NCBI RefSeq assembly: GCF_006345805.1
Contig: NC_043014.1
Location: 19,158,001-19,222,000, forward strand
DNA length: 64,000 bases
Reading direction: 5' to 3'
Source: Octopus sinensis
Lineage: Eukaryota
The notes under the pieces were generated by a model that was not told the DNA's origin, did not search any database, and worked only from the letters and a program-made list of their open reading frames with translations. Every line of letters begins with the position of its first letter. The first letter of the stretch is position 1. Both the position numbers and the translations under genes were made by a program. This document shows positions 1 to 14,059 of the stretch, one piece after another.

Positions 1-144
1 TTTTCTTCTGTTTTATTTTGTTTAACAGTGAAATATATTTTTTTCATCCGATCCATCATCACATTCCATTATTCAATAAGTTATTTTGGTATTTTTCAAT
101 AATTCAATTAGGTCTTATATTGCAGTCCCAGTATTCTCTACACG

Positions 145-262
145 TGTATGTATGTATGTATGTATGCATGTATGTATGTATGTATGTATGTATGTATGTA
201 TGTGTGTGTATGTATGTATGTATGTATGTATGTATGTATGTATGTATGTATGTATGTATGTA
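145..262. repeat. (TATG)n microsatellite
   Basis: Directly visible tetranucleotide run; explains the MYVC-type ORFs. Confidence 0.97.
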
Positions 263-645
263 TATAGGAGTGATGTTACATGCGGAAATTTGTGCGTGAG
301 CACTGTGTGAGGGGGAGTGTGAGTGTTTAAGTGTACGTCTATGAGTGCAAATGTTTCTAAGCTAGTGTGTATGTGTGCTTCTCTTCTTTTCAATCCCAGT
401 AGTTTACAACCAGAATACGAGGCTAAATAAAGACAAAAGAAGTGAGCCTTTATGTGGTCGCTCAACATGCTAGAAATAATAACCAAATTTCAGTTAAATC
501 ACACCGTAGAAAGGGAAGTGTATTTGTCATTCAGTAAACTATGTGCTAGTGCTTGTACACAGCTGCATACAGGGCAAACATAAAGTGTTTGCTCATTAGT
601 ATTGGGATGATAGTGCATATAAATAGTGCATTTTTATTCTCCATC

Positions 646-1038
646 ATTTACTTGTTTCAGTCATTAGATTACGGTCTTGATGAATTTTTAGTCGAATGAA
701 TTGACCCCTGGGCTTATTTTTTTCTTATTTTTCTTTAATTCAATGTACTTATTCTATCGGTTTCTTTCCAAAACCGCTACGTTGGGGGGATGTAAACACA
801 CCAACACCAGTTGTCAGTCACTGAAACAATGACATACATACACGCATTTATACACACACATACATATACTCCCACATACACACATACACAAACACTCATA
901 TATATATATATATATGACGGGTTTCTTTGAGTTACTTTTTTAGTTTTTGTTTAGTAAATCCATTCTCGAGCCTTTGGTAGGCCCGAACCTATAGTAGAAG
1001 ACACTTGGGCCAAGCATATTACGCCCCAGCCAGGACTG
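646..1038 (-). mobile_element. Degenerate copy of tRNA/CORE-type SINE (family A)
   Basis: Colinear with the copy at 54553-54972 (TTACTTGTTTCAGTCATT ... TACTTATTCTATCGG ... CTATAGTAGAAGACACTTG). Confidence 0.75.
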
Positions 1039-2795
1039 TTCCTGTATGTGTATGCCACTTGTGTTTGCTACTCTCTTTTTTCTCCTACAACAACTAGACT
1101 TTGGATAAATGAAAAGTGAAGCAGTGGGGATAAATGTTCTGATGGTACACAGCCTCCCTACCAGCAAGACTTTTGCTGAATCACCTCTTTGCATGCATGG
1201 TTACTGTGAACCTCTCCATTCTGAGCTAAAGCATAGGGGATCTTGGAGCTGAAATGGACCGAAGAGGAAGACAGACAGAGTTCACCGGTGCGTGGACACT
1301 CGTTGGTGACACTCAGTCACTGTCCTAGCTAAGAGTTTGTAACAAGTCTAAAAGGGCTTCATCTGTAATTGGTAACTCATCTAGGAGCAAAAAGCACTCT
1401 GAAAACAGCATTAGCAATGAGAGCAATAAGAACATAAAGATTAAACGATCAAACTAGGAGCATCTGTACAAGAGGGGCAAAACTTCATTCGATCAAAGGC
1501 GAATTCCATGTGCTTAAGAACCTGTGTGGAGCATCTGTACTGAGGATAACACTGAATCTTTAATTGCAAAATGCTGGAAATACCTTGTTCACTGGTTAGT
1601 ATTTCTCAATATTTCCTTCGTGTGGCCTTTCGACTCATATCTCAATCAAATCACAGTTTATCCTCAAAAATGATAAAGAGTACATTAGAAAATTAAATTC
1701 TATGTCATTGTTTTTTTGGTTTTTTTTGTAGGAATGGTGCAGAGGGGATAGAAATTGGCGCACTCAAAGTGCCAGATTTAACAAACTATGTTGCCTTTCG
1801 CCCTTTTTGACTTGTGAAGCATCCTGGTGAAGGAAGAAGAATTATATGGATATAAAATCTCTTTTCCCATCTCATTAGCAAAGACTGGGGAGCGATGCCA
1901 GAACATATATCATTCCTATTTTATAAAGACATGCCTTATTAAAAATTTTTTCCTGTAAAAGAAATCGCAAAGGACGTGGTTGGAATGCCTCTGATCATAG
2001 GATTGTTCAATGAGGCCCTTTTCTTTTTTAAGAGACTTCATCAAACATCTTTTTTCATTCGTTAATATAGAGTTCGCCCTCGGAAAGAAGTTTCCATTTA
2101 ACGCCGCTGTTAATGTTTTCGTCTTTAAGTTTCCAGATTAATGCTGAGAGGGTTTTTGCGTGCCTCTTCTCACTGTGCCTAAAGGTGTGCAGGAGCATCT
2201 GTATCTATTTGTGTGTTCATGTGAAAATTTGTCTCTGTGTATGTATCTGTATAGGAATGCTTGAAGTTGCTAATTATAACATGTAACCGAGCTTGTTTAG
2301 TGAATAAGATTTTCTCGGTAATCTAGAAACTTAAAGACGAGAACATTAATTACGACATCAAATCCTATATTAGCGGAAATGGTAAGGTTCACTGTTCAAA
2401 AGGTGTTCAATATACTCACTCGAGAATCTGTACTCTCAAAAGAACTTAAGAACTTCCAATGACTTTGAAGACTACAGAAACGAGATTTTTTCTTTATATC
2501 CGTCTTTAAAGAAAATACATCTTAGCAGAAATTACAGCTCGACCGTAGGACACATCTTAAGTCGTTCGCATCTAGTTGACACCAGATTTGCATAATGTTT
2601 GGTGTAACGGTGTTTTATTTTCTCTGCGTTTACTTCTGTCCTTTTCTATATGAGCGTTCTCATTCAAACGTCAAAAGCTTCGAACGCAGGTGACAAATCG
2701 TCTTGTTGTTTTATCAGCTTGAAAATGGGCGAAATAAATTAAATGCTTCGACCTGAAAACCCTGAGTAGGTGTATTTCATAAAACTTGTGGTTTG

Positions 2796-2808
2796 AATAA
2801 TAATAATG

Positions 2809-2865
<57 letters not shown>

Positions 2866-2941
2866 TAATAATAATAACAACAACAACAACAACAACAACA
2901 ATAACAACAATAATAATAATAATAATAATAACAATAATAAC

Positions 2942-2997
<56 letters not shown>

Positions 2998-3221
2998 TAA
3001 TAACAACAACAACAGCATCATCATCATCATCAACAACAACACCAACAATAATAATGATAATAAATGCCCTGATGCAGTACCAGAGAGTGGCTCTCATGTC
3101 TTTTGATCTTAACTTATTGGAAGTGTTATCATGTTCATTGTTTTGTCTTGGTATAACAGATGGGCTACAGTGTCACTTTGATGGCATGCACTGTTCTCTC
3201 ACTCAATAATAATAATAATAA

Positions 3222-3270
<49 letters not shown>

Positions 3271-3344
3271 GCAACAACAACAACAACAACAATAATGATA
3301 ATAATAATAATAATAATAATAATGATGATAACAACAACAACAAC

Positions 3345-3442
<98 letters not shown>

Positions 3443-3450
3443 TAACTGAT
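2796..3450. repeat. Compound (AAT)n/(AAC)n microsatellite blocks separated by a ~140 bp non-repetitive spacer (3063-3205)
   Basis: Directly visible. Confidence 0.95.
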
Positions 3451-4999
3451 AAATGACATGGAAAACCTCTCAATAGCGAATACCTAAAGGGAGCTAACAA
3501 TGCGAATATTGACAAAGCCCTTATCCATCAATGGTTAATGTCCTCTGGTTTAAAATCAGAAATAGACGGGTTTATCATAGCAGCCCCAAATCAATGCTTA
3601 CCTACGAGAAGCTGTCAAGCCAACATCTTAAAGAGCGGCAGTAGCCCATGTCGTGTATGTCAACAACAAAATGAAACCATCGATTATGTTGTATTCATCT
3701 GCAGTCTTCTTGTGCCAACAGAGTATCTCAACAGGAATGATAGAGCAGCACAGTATATTCACTGGGTAACATGCAATGACATGAACAAGCCCCATGATGA
3801 AAAGTGGTAGGAACACAATCCACATCAAGAGCATGAAAATTGCTACATCTCACTCCTTTAGAACTTCACCGTTCAAACTGACGGAAAGATAGTTGCATAT
3901 AGGCCAGACATTATATTGACATTATATTGGGTTGTCCAGAAATTTCGTGTCGATTTTTAAAGGAAAGAAAAAGCCCCATAAATACTTGCCATTACATTTT
4001 TAATCAACCAAATATGAACCATTTTGTTGCACAATGCGTCTCCATCTTTCCTTTAACTGGAAAATTCCCTCTTCCCAGAATTGAGGTGGTTTCATGACAA
4101 AGAATTCATCAATGTATCTTTTTACGTCATCCAAGGAATTGAAATTTTTACCATTAAGACTATTCTGCAGAGGCCTGAATAAGTGGAAATCCGAAGGAGC
4201 GATATCTGGTGAATATGGAAGGTGAGGTAACACATCCCAGCCGAGCTGCAGCAATTTTTGTCTGGTTCCCAATGCATCAAGTGCCGAAAATGAACTTTCT
4301 TATCTTCCATTTTAAAGGTTTACAGGTTATAGGAACATAAACCTTCTTCTACGAAGAGATAGCTTAAACTGTGCTGTAAATGGAGGTGTAGTCAAATCCT
4401 ATTTTATGGACGCAACCATGTTCTAAAATAAGTCGAAAGATAAGCTACTATAAATCGGCACGAACGTTCCGGACAACCCAATATATGTCTGTCCCAATCG
4501 ACATAAATGTATCTATGAAGACCTATCAAAAAACTGAGCAAGTATGAATATCTTGAAATAGAAATTGTCAAAATGAGGAATCTCAAGATTAAAACAATAC
4601 TTGATATCATAGATGACCTAGTAGTGATAGCGAAAGGGACTAATTGCTACAACGCTCAGATACCAGGAAATCCAAAAATGGAAGAAATCCAAAAATAGTG
4701 CTCATGTGAACTGCCCATATCCTACGTACTATATTGTCTATGTAATCCCCAAAATATTTTAATCCATAAACAGTGTTAAAATACTTTTAGATACATAACA
4801 ACAAATGCATTTTACTGTCATCTTAACATCAGACTATCACCTTATAATCAAATTACAATTAAAACAAACTTCTCATTTGTTTATGCTTTGACTGACATTC
4901 TTTAGAACAATACTCTGTGCAAAATAGAATATATGGCACCAATTTGAACTTCTAACTTGTTGTCACTTGAGGTCTCTGGGTGAGACTTGGAGTCAATTT

Positions 5000-5000
<1 letters not shown>
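3450..5000 (+). mobile_element. 5'-truncated R4/Dong-clade non-LTR retrotransposon (CCHC knuckle + restriction-like endonuclease), interrupted by a mariner
   Basis: ORF 3538-3810 LKSEIDGFIIAAPNQCLPTR...CRVCQQQNETIDYVVFIC...RNDRAAQYIHW; RPDIIL at 3901; resumes after 4483 as MSVPIDINVSMKTYQKLSKYEYLEIEI; flanked by (TAA)n. Confidence 0.88.
3925..4483 (-). mobile_element. Internally deleted mariner (DD34D) element with both TIRs
   Basis: TA-TTGGGTTGTCCAGAAATTTCGTGTCGATTT at left and AAATCGGCACGAACGTTCCGGACAACCCAA-TA at right; ORF 4000-4272 LGWDVLPHLPYSPDIAPSDFHLF...LKERWRRIVQQNGSYL. Confidence 0.95.
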
Positions 5001-5048
<48 letters not shown>

Positions 5049-5060
5049 TAATAATAATAA

Positions 5061-5658
5061 CCAATATAATCACAGACATCACAGAGTTGGGAGCTATACA
5101 CAGTGGAAACTATGCCAACACTATGGAATAACAACAGAAAAAAGATGGTATAAGAACACGCCAGAAAAGGTCACAGAAAATGAGAAAGCAACCATATTAT
5201 GGAATTTTTGCTAATGCACACAAATAGAGAAATTAAGGCCAATAGGCCAGATATAGTTGTCAGAGATCACCAAGAAAAAAATGCTTTTTCATTAATGTAT
5301 CTATACCAACAGGTGACGGTGTTTCTCTAAAAGAAAAGGAGAAACTTTCAAAATACAAAGATTTGGAAATAGAGGTAACTCGAATGCGGAGCCTAAAAAC
5401 AAAAAAAATTCCTATCGTCGTAGGCGCATTATGTATGATAAAAAAACATTCAGACAAAAACATAACATAAAACACCAGGACTAACAAATATACATAACAT
5501 ACAGAAAATTGCTCTACTAGGCACCGCACACATCCTACGTAAAACACTTACAATTCAGTGAAAAGAAGACAACCACGACAAACCACAACACATACCGAAG
5601 GCACACAGAGCTGCGCTCTGTAGTGCAGTGAAAGCACGTGATAAAAATAAGACTACTA

Positions 5659-5660
<2 letters not shown>
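5061..5660 (+). mobile_element. Second 5'-truncated R4/Dong-clade LINE 3' end (RLE domain + 3' UTR) with (TAA)n tail
   Basis: Translates with frameshifts to WKLCQHYGITTEKRWYKNTPEKVTENEKATILW...KANRPDIVVRDHQEKKCFFINVSIP...EKLSKYKDLEIEV...IPIVVGAL; (TAA)n on both sides. Confidence 0.9.
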
Positions 5661-5721
<61 letters not shown>

Positions 5722-6714
5722 GGTTCTTTTTATCCTTTTATTTCCTTGCGGCTATGCTGGAGCATCACGATTTAAGTTTTTACTCAATTAGATCGACACT
5801 ATTACTTTTTTTCTAAAGTTTATTCCATTGCTCTCTCATAAACTATCGAACACAGGTTGGGAAAAAGTGATGTGTTGTAAAAACAGTCATATTCAAACAC
5901 AGGCGACTGTAGAAGACTCATGCATAGAGCACTGCTTGAGTTGACTTAAAACGATACCAGAAGGTTAGGAAGCGAATTTCTTAATCACACAACTAAGCTT
6001 ATCACAAGAATTTAGAAATTGTACATAACAAATCAATTGAAATATAAAATTCGAAGGCTGCTCAAGGGACACCAATGTTTCCTATAAGGGTGACAGACAT
6101 TCTACCATTCGAACAAATCATTCCTTTGAATTTCACTGTGCATTTTAGAAAATCTTTCTCACGAAATAAGTTGGGTTACATGTTATAATTAGCGCACTCA
6201 AGCTTTCCTATATACACTGTCACACACGAAGAAACAAACAGATACACACACACGTACGCACATACAGGGGGTGCATGACTGCGCGGGGATGGGGGTGTAG
6301 TTTAATTTATAGCTAAGAGTGCACAATCTAGTTCTGGTAGTTTCAGAGATGGGAAAATGACAGATGTAATTTGTAAAATTTCAGCTACAAAATTTTTTTA
6401 AAAAGGCATAAATTCTATTTCTTTCCTTGTGTACTTTATGTCTACCTTCTAAACACGAGTTTAGCTAATTATATAAGTATGTTTCTAGCTTTATATGTAT
6501 ATATGTAGGCAGGTAAGAAGCTAAGTATGTATGTTTGTATGTATGTGTGTGTATCTATGCCTGTATATATATGTGACAGATAGTGAATACACAGACACAC
6601 ACACATATATATATATACATGTTATAATTAGCGCACTCAATCTTTCCTATACGCAAAGACACACAGACACATGCTCACATACTCACACACACATAAATAT
6701 TCATATTTAATTTT

Positions 6715-6751
6715 ATTTATATATATGTGTGTATTTATATATATATATTTA

Positions 6752-6787
<36 letters not shown>

Positions 6788-6963
6788 TATATATATACAT
6801 ACATATATATATATATAATATATATATATATATATTATATATATATACGCATACACGGTCATTAGTTCTGTGTAGTAAGAGTCGTATCTGTATATATTTG
6901 TATATTTGTGTGCTCTATGCATGTATGCTTGCTTGCATGTATGCATCTATGCATGTATGTATT

Positions 6964-7009
<46 letters not shown>

Positions 7010-7033
7010 TTATACAAACACACACACACACAC

Positions 7034-7094
<61 letters not shown>

Positions 7095-7135
7095 ATATAT
7101 ATATATATAATATATATATATACATATATATATGC
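6715..7135. repeat. (TA)n-dominated microsatellite
   Basis: Directly visible. Confidence 0.93.
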
Positions 7136-7554
7136 ACGTTTGTAAGTATATAGATACGCACTAATCCATATACATATGTGCGCATGTATCTACATGTCCA
7201 CTTAAGAGAACGCTATTTAATATCTGTCTTTTGCTCCTTTATTATTTCCGATAACATACGTATATGTACACATGTATGCGTGCACGCTTGCGTATGTGTG
7301 TACATGTGTGAGAGTGTATCTCTAGGTATGTCTTTGTGTGTGTGACTGTGCGTGACCAAGTGTATATCTTCGAGTGAACATATCCATAATTGCATAACTT
7401 CTCCATCACTTCAACGTTTATCACCTGTTTTCTATCATCTCATCAAATTAGATACATTCTTTTACCAGTAATTATCTAATTAAGGCATTTCATATGAATA
7501 TACACCTTCAAAATAAATTCCCTCGCTCCTTCATACTTTTTATTTTTTCTACTG

Positions 7555-7969
7555 ATATCATCATCATCATCACCATCATCATCATCATTATTATTTCTAT
7601 TATTATTAGTATCATTATTACTGTTATTATTGTTGTTGTTGTTGTTATTATTGTTATTGTTGTTGCTGTAGTTGTTGTTGTTGCTGCTGCTGTTGTAGCT
7701 ATTGTTGTTGCTGTTGTTATAGTTATTCGTCACATTTAATCACGTATTTTTTTTTAATGAACATTCTTATAATTGGTCGTTAGTATTTTTAGTATTACTA
7801 ATGTTAAGGTTAGCTCGTTATGAATACCATTATTGCTACTACCACTACTGCTATTATTACTACTACTACCGCCACACTACCACCACTAATAATAATAATG
7901 ATAATAACAATAGCAGCAACAACAATAATGATGATGATGATGATGATGATGATAATAATAATAATAATA

Positions 7970-8014
<45 letters not shown>

Positions 8015-8174
8015 TGATGATGATGAGAAGAAGAAGAAGAAGAAGAAGAAGAAGAAGAAGAAGAAGAAGAAGAAGAATATGAAGAAGAAGAAGAAAAAAG
8101 AAGAAGAATGGCACCCACATTTTTCATTTCATCTTTATTTGTACTGGTTCTATTTGGAGAGACATCAAATCAAA

Positions 8175-8239
<65 letters not shown>

Positions 8240-8265
8240 TAATAATAATAATAATAACAATAACA

Positions 8266-8342
<77 letters not shown>

Positions 8343-8362
8343 AAATATTTATAATAATAATA
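7555..8362. repeat. Compound trinucleotide repeats (CAT, TTG, TAC, GAT, AAT, AGA)
   Basis: Directly visible; gives homopolymer ORFs in all frames. Confidence 0.93.
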
Positions 8363-8736
8363 CTGCATGAATTATGAGAAAAGGAAGATGAAAGAGAGAG
8401 AAGAAGAAGAAGAAATCAATAAAAACACGCAAAAGAAGTATTGGAAAAAAGGGAAGATGACATCATATACTAAAGGAGCCGAAGAATTAGACACATGAAC
8501 AAAGACACTATCATACACAGTTCATATTTCACACGAAAGTCAATCGATATCTTTAACTATTTATATATATTGTTAGATTAAGCACTAGCATTATATATAT
8601 GTATATACGTACATACATACATATGTGTGTGTGTGTGTGTAAATATAAATACATATTTCTATATATCTAACCAAACATAGGCATATATATTATATATGTA
8701 TATATACACACACACACACATATATATATATATATG

Positions 8737-8777
<41 letters not shown>

Positions 8778-9315
8778 CTATATATATATATATATATATA
8801 TATGGATGTATATGTGAGTGTTGTGTATGTGTGCAGGTATAATGTTAGTGCTTATATATATACACATACATACACATACATATTCATTCGCATACATACA
8901 TATAAGTACGCATGCAAAAGAAATATCTTTATGGGAATGTGTGCACATATGTATACGTGTATATGTGTATGTACGTATATGTGGATTCTATCATTTGCCG
9001 TTTAAATTTAAACTCTTTAAATATTAAATTTTCCATGAATTTAATATTTCTTCGAGCACACCCGAAACTGAAACTATTTTTATCGAGTGTCGTGATAAAA
9101 ATTGTCAAGACTCCAGAGTTAATAGAATAATTAAAGAAATTGCTAAACAGCAAAATATTATTATTATTATTATTAGTAGTAGTAGTAGTAGTAGTAGTAG
9201 TATTATCATCATTATTATTGTTCAGTGAAAATAGAAAATTTCTGCAGAGTATAACTTAAATGACAAGGATATATTCACAAAAACGCGAACATAAGCACAT
9301 ATATATACATATAGT

Positions 9316-9503
9316 AATTTTGAGGGAGGGGGTAAGTTGTATACATCGACCCCGGTACTCAACCGGTACTTATTTTATCCACCTCGAAAGGATGAAAGGC
9401 AAAGTTGACCCCGGAGGAATTTGAGCTCAGGACTTGAAGACAGACGAAATGCCGTCAAGCATTTAGCTCGGCGTGCTAACGATTCTGCCAGCTCACTGCC
9501 TTA
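9316..9503 (-). mobile_element. tRNA-derived SINE family B, monomer
   Basis: Reverse complement reads GGCAGTGAGCTGGCAGAATCGTTAGCACGCCG...GTCAACTTTGCCTTTCATCCTTTCG, matching copies at 31130, 42893, 59420. Confidence 0.88.
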
Positions 9504-9784
9504 TATATATCTATAATATTGATGAGTAGATCAACTATTTCAGTTTTCTCGGGGACATTTTTCCGTGAGAGTTTTGCAAAGAACTCAATGAAACAAGAAA
9601 AATAATCAAGTTTCGTAGCTATAGTATATAAATACGTAGAAAGAATTCATAAGAAATAACTCGTGGAAACATAAAAATATATATTACATTCAAATAAGCA
9701 TACGTATCATAGATATCCTCTCACTGAAACCGTGCTTGTGGTGGAAAGTGCTGATACAATTATATATATATATATATATCGTAG

Positions 9785-10024
9785 TCGCCCTTTTCAAGCC
9801 TAGCCAGGCTCATGGGCCCGGTTTCCCGGTTTCTGTGGTGTTCCCCGCAGCTGGACGGTCCATCCAGTGTAACTCAAGAAACAGGAAGAGAGAGTAAGGG
9901 AAAATTGTGGCGAAAGAGTACAACAAGCGTTACCCCCCCCCCCCCTGTCGGAGCCTAGTGGAGCTTTTAGGTGTTTTCACTCAATAAACCGCGATCCTCC
10001 GACCGCGAGTCCGCTGCTCTAACC
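9785..10024 (-). mobile_element. tRNA-derived SINE family C (tail type 1)
   Basis: Shares GTTGTGGCGAAAGAGTACA...GTGGAGCTTTAGGTGTTTTC.CTCAATAAAC...CCGCGAGTCCGCTGC.CTAACC with 12393 and 33197. Confidence 0.82.
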
Positions 10025-10391
10025 GAAGATCTGACGCGCCGCAGGTTGGCTATTAAGGGATAGTGTATCTACTATGCCCACTAGCCAGAGATTATGATTT
10101 GTATTTACAGCAAATATATTAACTTAACTGCATGTGTTATTATATGAAGGTAGTCCTAGTAAGTGCTAAAGTGATACATGTGAAATGGTAAGATGTCTTT
10201 ATCCCTTAAAAGGTGGGGAGTTTAACTGCTAGGCAGAAAGAAGGGGAATAGAAACATGTACCATGCAGGTATTGTTTAGTTGATAGCTCTTGAATATAAA
10301 ACATGAGTAAGTAGAACAGAAGCATTTATAATAAATTAAACACATGGAAAACTACTTCTCTACTGAATTGATTCTTTTATCTTTCAACTAT

Positions 10392-10640
10392 TCCTTGTTT
10401 CAGTCATTTGACTGTAGCCATGCCGGGGTACCACTTGAAGAGATTTTAGTCGAACAAATATAATTATTATATACGGTAGGCTTCTTTTAGTTTCCTCCTA
10501 CCAAATTCACTCACAAGGCTTTGGTTGGTCCGAGGTTATAGTTGGAGACACTTGTCTAATGTACTACGCGGTGGGACTGAACCCGGAATCATGTGATTGG
10601 AAAGCAAGCTTCTTACCACACAGCCATGACTGCGCTTATT
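10392..10640 (-). mobile_element. SINE family A, internally deleted
   Basis: Head GTGGGACTGAACCCGGAATCATGTG...CTTACCACACAGCCA and tail CTTGTTTCAGTCATTTGACTG match 54553-54972. Confidence 0.87.
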
Positions 10641-11287
10641 TCACGTTTTAATTTGGGAAAAATTCTGAACAGTTCAGTGGAATGTTTATTTTAATCAACA
10701 AAAGGACCCTCACAATAGCTTCTTCTATATAACCCGTCATCTGTCCACACAACATTCATTACAGAAAACACACATTCAACTGGTGCAGGAGTACTCAGGA
10801 AGACAAAGAATGTAGTCGACTACAATATTACGGTTTGCTGACTAATATATGTCATTTATTAATATTTGTCAATCTTTGCAATGAGTAGCATAATTTGCTG
10901 CTTTTCTTCAAAATGAAGGATCCAAAATAGCAGAAATATGCATTTCAATGTTCCACCAATCCTGCTGGAAAATTTTCGCCTTCTATTTATGTTTTAGTGT
11001 TTTCAACGCTGTGCGTCTATCAGAGTAACTATCTCGGAACGAATACTGCTGCTAATTAGGCGTTCAATGATACATCACAACTGTTTTAAGTGTGATACAC
11101 AGATTGCTATTTTAAGCTAATACAGCTTTGTCACGCATACAGAATATTGTGTGCATGTGTGTGTGTCTGTGTGTGTGTGATTGATCAGTTTTATTTCAAG
11201 ATTTCTTTCCAATAGAGAAAGAGTCAGTTTCTAACCTAGATTAAAGGCTCCTTCATTTGAATTTCAACACCAACAATAAGGTATTTT

Positions 11288-11430
11288 TGTATGCATGCAT
11301 GCATGTATGTATGTATGTATGTATGTATGTATGTATGTATGTATGTATGTATGTATGTATGTATGTATGTATGTATGTATGTATGTATGTATGTATGTAT
11401 GTATGTATGTATGTATATATGCATGTATGC
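11288..11430. repeat. (TATG)n microsatellite
   Basis: Directly visible. Confidence 0.96.
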
Positions 11431-12311
11431 ATGTAGAGTTGTATGTTTTGCTTTATATATGTATTTTCATGCATATAGTTGTATATCTAGACACGCTCAT
11501 ATTTATTTCTTGAAAGTTTTACAAATTTTTACAGTTCTAGTGATGGATTGGGTCTGTAGTCTTCGAATTAGTTTTCTCCTTTCTAGTTTTGCATGTATGT
11601 ACGTATGTATATCCTAGAAAGAAAGAAGTGACATCGAAAATTCTATCATCGTCTCAGAAGCTGCTTATTTCGGGAACCACATGACCCTAAATCAATGGCA
11701 TATTTTCTCAGATGTTTGCAATTTATGGGAATTAAAGGTGACTCAACTAGTAAGCAATGGTTAGCATGAAATGTCTCCTTGATTATATTAATTAACTTCC
11801 GATACTTGTTAAACAATTTTTATTAAAAGTATTTAAATTTTCTTACATTGCGAAGTGCTTTGAAAGAGTAATGGGCGTAAACACCACTAATTATTGGCAA
11901 GTACGTATATCGATCGGTGGTGAGTTGACTATAGAATCTTAGCTTCATTTGAATAAATCCAATAAAATCAAGACTTGATTAGATATACATACATACCTAT
12001 AAACACATACATACATATACGTATATGTGTGTGTGTGTGTGTATACATCATATATATATATATGGCATATAAATATTATGAATATATATATGTGGTGTGT
12101 GTAAATATATATACATATAGAGAGAGGGAGAAAAGAGGTGCGAGCGAGATGAGTAGGGTCATTGATACAGGCACATATTCCAGTGTGTGTATAGAAATAG
12201 AAATATAAAAATATGTACGCATATGAATATATGTATTTTTATATAAGTGTATAAATATACGTATATACATATACATATATATATATATGTATAAATATAT
12301 ATATATACACT

Positions 12312-12360
<49 letters not shown>

Positions 12361-12392
12361 TATATACACATTCATACATATATATATATATA

Positions 12393-12641
12393 TCACCGTG
12401 ACCGACCAGGCTATCAGATATTGCTACACATCGCTGGTCACAATGCGCTTTGCATTGTTTTAGCCTTCAAGTAACGCCACCCTACTGGCTAAGCGAGCAG
12501 GCCAACAGAAAAAAGAGTGTAAGTTGTGGCGAAAGAGTACAGCAGGGATCGCAACCCCCACCCCTGCCGGAGCATCGTGGAGCTTTAGTGGTTTTCGCTG
12601 AATAAACACTCGCAACGCCCAATCTGGAATCGAAACCGCGA
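12393..12641 (-). mobile_element. SINE family C (tail type 2)
   Basis: Same body as 9785 and 33197; B-box remnant GGAATCGAAACC; distinct 3' segment 12393-12505. Confidence 0.82.
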
Positions 12642-13009
12642 TAAATCCTAGAATCTATATCTATATATATATGAAAAATATAAACCTTTGGAAGCTAGAA
12701 TAAACAAAACGACGTTTTATGGTTTGTCTATTTACTTCTATCATGTCTGCATACACATATATACACATATATGTATATATACATACATAAACACATACAT
12801 ACATATATATATATATTTATGAGTGTGTGTGTGTGTGTGCATATATGCGTATATATGTATATTTACACAGACATGACCGAAATAAATAGACAACGCATAA
12901 AATATCGTTTTATGTTTATTCTAATTTCCAAAGGTTTATATTTTTTATTAATTGACTTTTATGTTTCAGGTTTTATATCTAACTATTTAACCATGCTATG
13001 TACAAAATA

Positions 13010-14014
13010 AAACCTTGGAACTGTCTGAATTCCAAACAGGCCGCATTGTGTGTCATTCTGAAGCTGGATATAGCGTAACTTTGCTGAAAATCTTGTGATC
13101 CTGCTTTCTACAGTTAAGAGTGATTGCCCAATTCACCAGAGAGAGGCATTAGTGCACACCACATCGCCCAGATCAACCAGGGCCCTCTGACAAGACCCTT
13201 CTCTTTGCTAAGAGAAGTTTGGAGTATAATCCTCGTTGCAAGTCTTCTGACATAGGCGAATAAGTTGATGTCAAATTCCGAATAGCAGTCAGATATCTTC
13301 AAAAACGTGGATACTATGGCATTCTGCCATAGTAAGACATAAGCCACTTCTTCGACTAACCAACACCAAGCGGAGAACCAGTGGACCAGTGAGATGATGG
13401 AGAGGCCATTAGAATTTTGGGACACTGTCATATTCTCCAATGACTGTAGATTTGCTGTATTTTCCTGACAATGTTCGAGTGTGGATCTGGAGACTTCTGT
13501 GATAAAAATTTGATATGAAACGAATGCAGACAACAATGAAATACGGCAGCTATTCTGTGATGGTTTGGGGAGCAATTTGGATCAATGGTTGATCAGAGCT
13601 GGTGGAGTGTAAGGGAAAGATAAACTCAGATAAATATGTGTTCATATTGCAGAAATGACTCCTTCAAGTCTTCTCCAGTGGTGAAATGCTTAAAAAAGAC
13701 TCTTTATTTATGGAAGATGGGTTTCCTTGTCACACGACTAAAATGACCCAAGATTTGTCGAATGAGAATGGCATTAAAAACCTTTCATGGCCAAGCTAGT
13801 CATCAGTTATGAACCCCATTCAACACTTCTAGCACAAATGAACAGGACACTTCATAAAAAGCACAAGAAAGCATCTTCAAAGTCAGATCTTTAGAGATTA
13901 CTACATGAAACTTGGCAAGAAATTCCGCAAGAGAATATTCGTCATCTGATCAGTAACATGCCTGATAGGGTCCTTGCATTGAAAAATGCAAAGGGTGTGT
14001 CTACTAAATATTAG
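13010..14014 (+). mobile_element. Decayed Tc1-like (DD34E) transposase
   Basis: LSEFQTGRIV near start; VMVWGAIW (13557); FMEDGFPCHT (13707); SWPS*SSVMNPIQ; NMPDRVLALKNAKGVSTKY* at the end; many stops and frameshifts. Confidence 0.88.
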
Positions 14015-14059
14015 ATATCCACATTACAACAATTAATAAATAATTTTAAAAGCCTGGCG

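Noticed and set aside
1040-1600. CR1/Jockey-like 3' remnant
   Set aside because: Only a short RTFIP-like word; too decayed to support.
6178-6650. ~33 bp direct repeat ACATGTTATAATTAGCGCACTCAA.CTTTCCTA at 6178 and 6618
   Set aside because: Two copies only; a small local duplication, not an array or CRISPR.
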